Shown one piece after another: positions 62,999 through 64,000 of a stretch of DNA of 64,000 nt. The notes beneath the pieces are model-generated. The model was not told the origin of the DNA and did no database searches. It saw only the letters and a list, made by a program, of their open reading frames with translations. Each line of letters begins with the position of its first letter. Position 1 is the first letter of the stretch. A program made the position numbers and the translations under genes. This DNA comes from Candidatus Cloacimonadales bacterium (GTDB lineage Bacteria; Cloacimonadota; Cloacimonadia; Cloacimonadales; DAONDQ01): the NCBI GenBank assembly GCA_963662275.1, contig OY759316.1, positions 1,248,001-1,312,000 of the forward strand, in the 5' to 3' direction.

Positions 62999-64000
62999 CT
63001 ACTTCAATAACATCATCTTATGAGTGATTGAAGTATCATTTGTGGTCATCTTATAGAGATACACTCCGCTTGCACATGAATTACCGGCTGTATCCTTTCC
63101 TTCCCAAATGACACTATGCAATCCTTTTGTAACAAAACCGCTTTGCAACGATTTAACCAACTGCCCCCTGATATTGTAGATATCTAGAGCTACCTTTGCA
63201 TCCTCTTTCAGATTATAGGATATTGTTGTTGTCGGATTAAAAGGGTTAGGGAAATTCTGATTTAGTGACGTAACTGCATTTACAGGTGCATTCATATCAC
63301 TGCCCTTTATACTTACCTGATAATATGGATATGCTGCATTTCCGTCAATAAATGATTTGTTAAGCTTACTGTTAGTTAGTCGAATTGACTTTAGTTCCTG
63401 AGGTTGATTCTTCGATTCGTAATAGAATACAAATTCCACGTTATCAGAAGTGATTGCTTCATCAATATCCAGATTGGCATTGAGTTGCACAAGACTATCT
63501 GTTACTACAACTGCGCCTTTGCAGATTGAATTCACGTAAAGACCGATTTCTTTCAGACTACTCATATTAACTTCTTTTAAATCCAGATAAACAGGAATGT
63601 AATCCAGTTTTGCAGGAAATTCAAAGTGCTTGGTCTCCGGTTTCTTGTCAGGGTTCGTTATACTCGGTGCCCCCCAATGGAAAGTACGGTTATTGCGAGT
63701 CGTTATGACAACCATATCTCCATAATTAAACGGGTAAATCTTGCTAGCACTAAGCCAAATATTATCATGAACGCGCGACATACACCAATCTTTCGTTTTG
63801 ACCATGATAACATTATTCCATATCGATGCTAAAGCAACCTGGGGCAGTGAACTATCCTTCAACGTATAGCCAATCCAATAATATTTATCAGGATCCTGAT
63901 CTAAAAACTTGTATCTATCTATAGCATGATCAAATATAGGATAGCAGCCAATATCAGAAGGCGTTCCATCAGAATCAAACATGATAGGGTCTCCGGCATC
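62999..64000 (-). CDS. Secreted protein with FlgD-Ig/Por-type C-terminal domain (5'-truncated by window)
   Basis: DSDGTPSDIGCY; NFPNPFNPTT...YNIRGQLV...HKMMLLK. Confidence 0.85.
   Translation of the reverse strand, partial: DAGDPIMFDSDGTPSDIGCYPIFDHAIDRYKFLDQDPDKYYWIGYTLKDSSLPQVALASIWNNVIMVKTKDWCMSRVHDNIWLSASKIYPFNYGDMVVITTRNNRTFHWGAPSITNPDKKPETKHFEFPAKLDYIPVYLDLKEVNMSSLKEIGLYVNSICKGAVVVTDSLVQLNANLDIDEAITSDNVEFVFYYESKNQPQELKSIRLTNSKLNKSFIDGNAAYPYYQVSIKGSDMNAPVNAVTSLNQNFPNPFNPTTTISYNLKEDAKVALDIYNIRGQLVKSLQSGFVTKGLHSVIWEGKDTAGNSCASGVYLYKMTTNDTSITHKMMLLK

Overview
This is an AT-rich bacterial chromosome segment, most likely Candidatus Cloacimonadota (inferred from a Kce/Kat-type lysine-fermentation cluster and several secreted proteins ending in an FlgD-Ig/Por-type C-terminal domain). 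Core genes are trmFO, lpxH, holB, gltX, lysC, metG, hslO, add, mprF, a thiolase-kat-kce cluster and tRNA-Phe. Accessory content includes an RloA/RloB (AbiL-like) pair, three PilX-like LamG paralogs, a tyrosine-recombinase + IS91-family element with definable ends, and a large IS6-like element with an 8-bp target duplication. The most striking signal is two paralogous four-helix-bundle (23S-IVP/Avd-like) genes, each bracketed by inverted arrays of 7-bp repeats. The repeat unit matches across the two flanks of a gene but differs between the loci, and related gene-less heptamer arrays start just after several stop codons. Intergenic DNA also holds a ~62-bp structurally conserved hairpin family (13 units), C/G-rich hairpins, GTAG-type REPs and 11-bp arrays. 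All calls come from reading the sequence by eye; no database searches were run.
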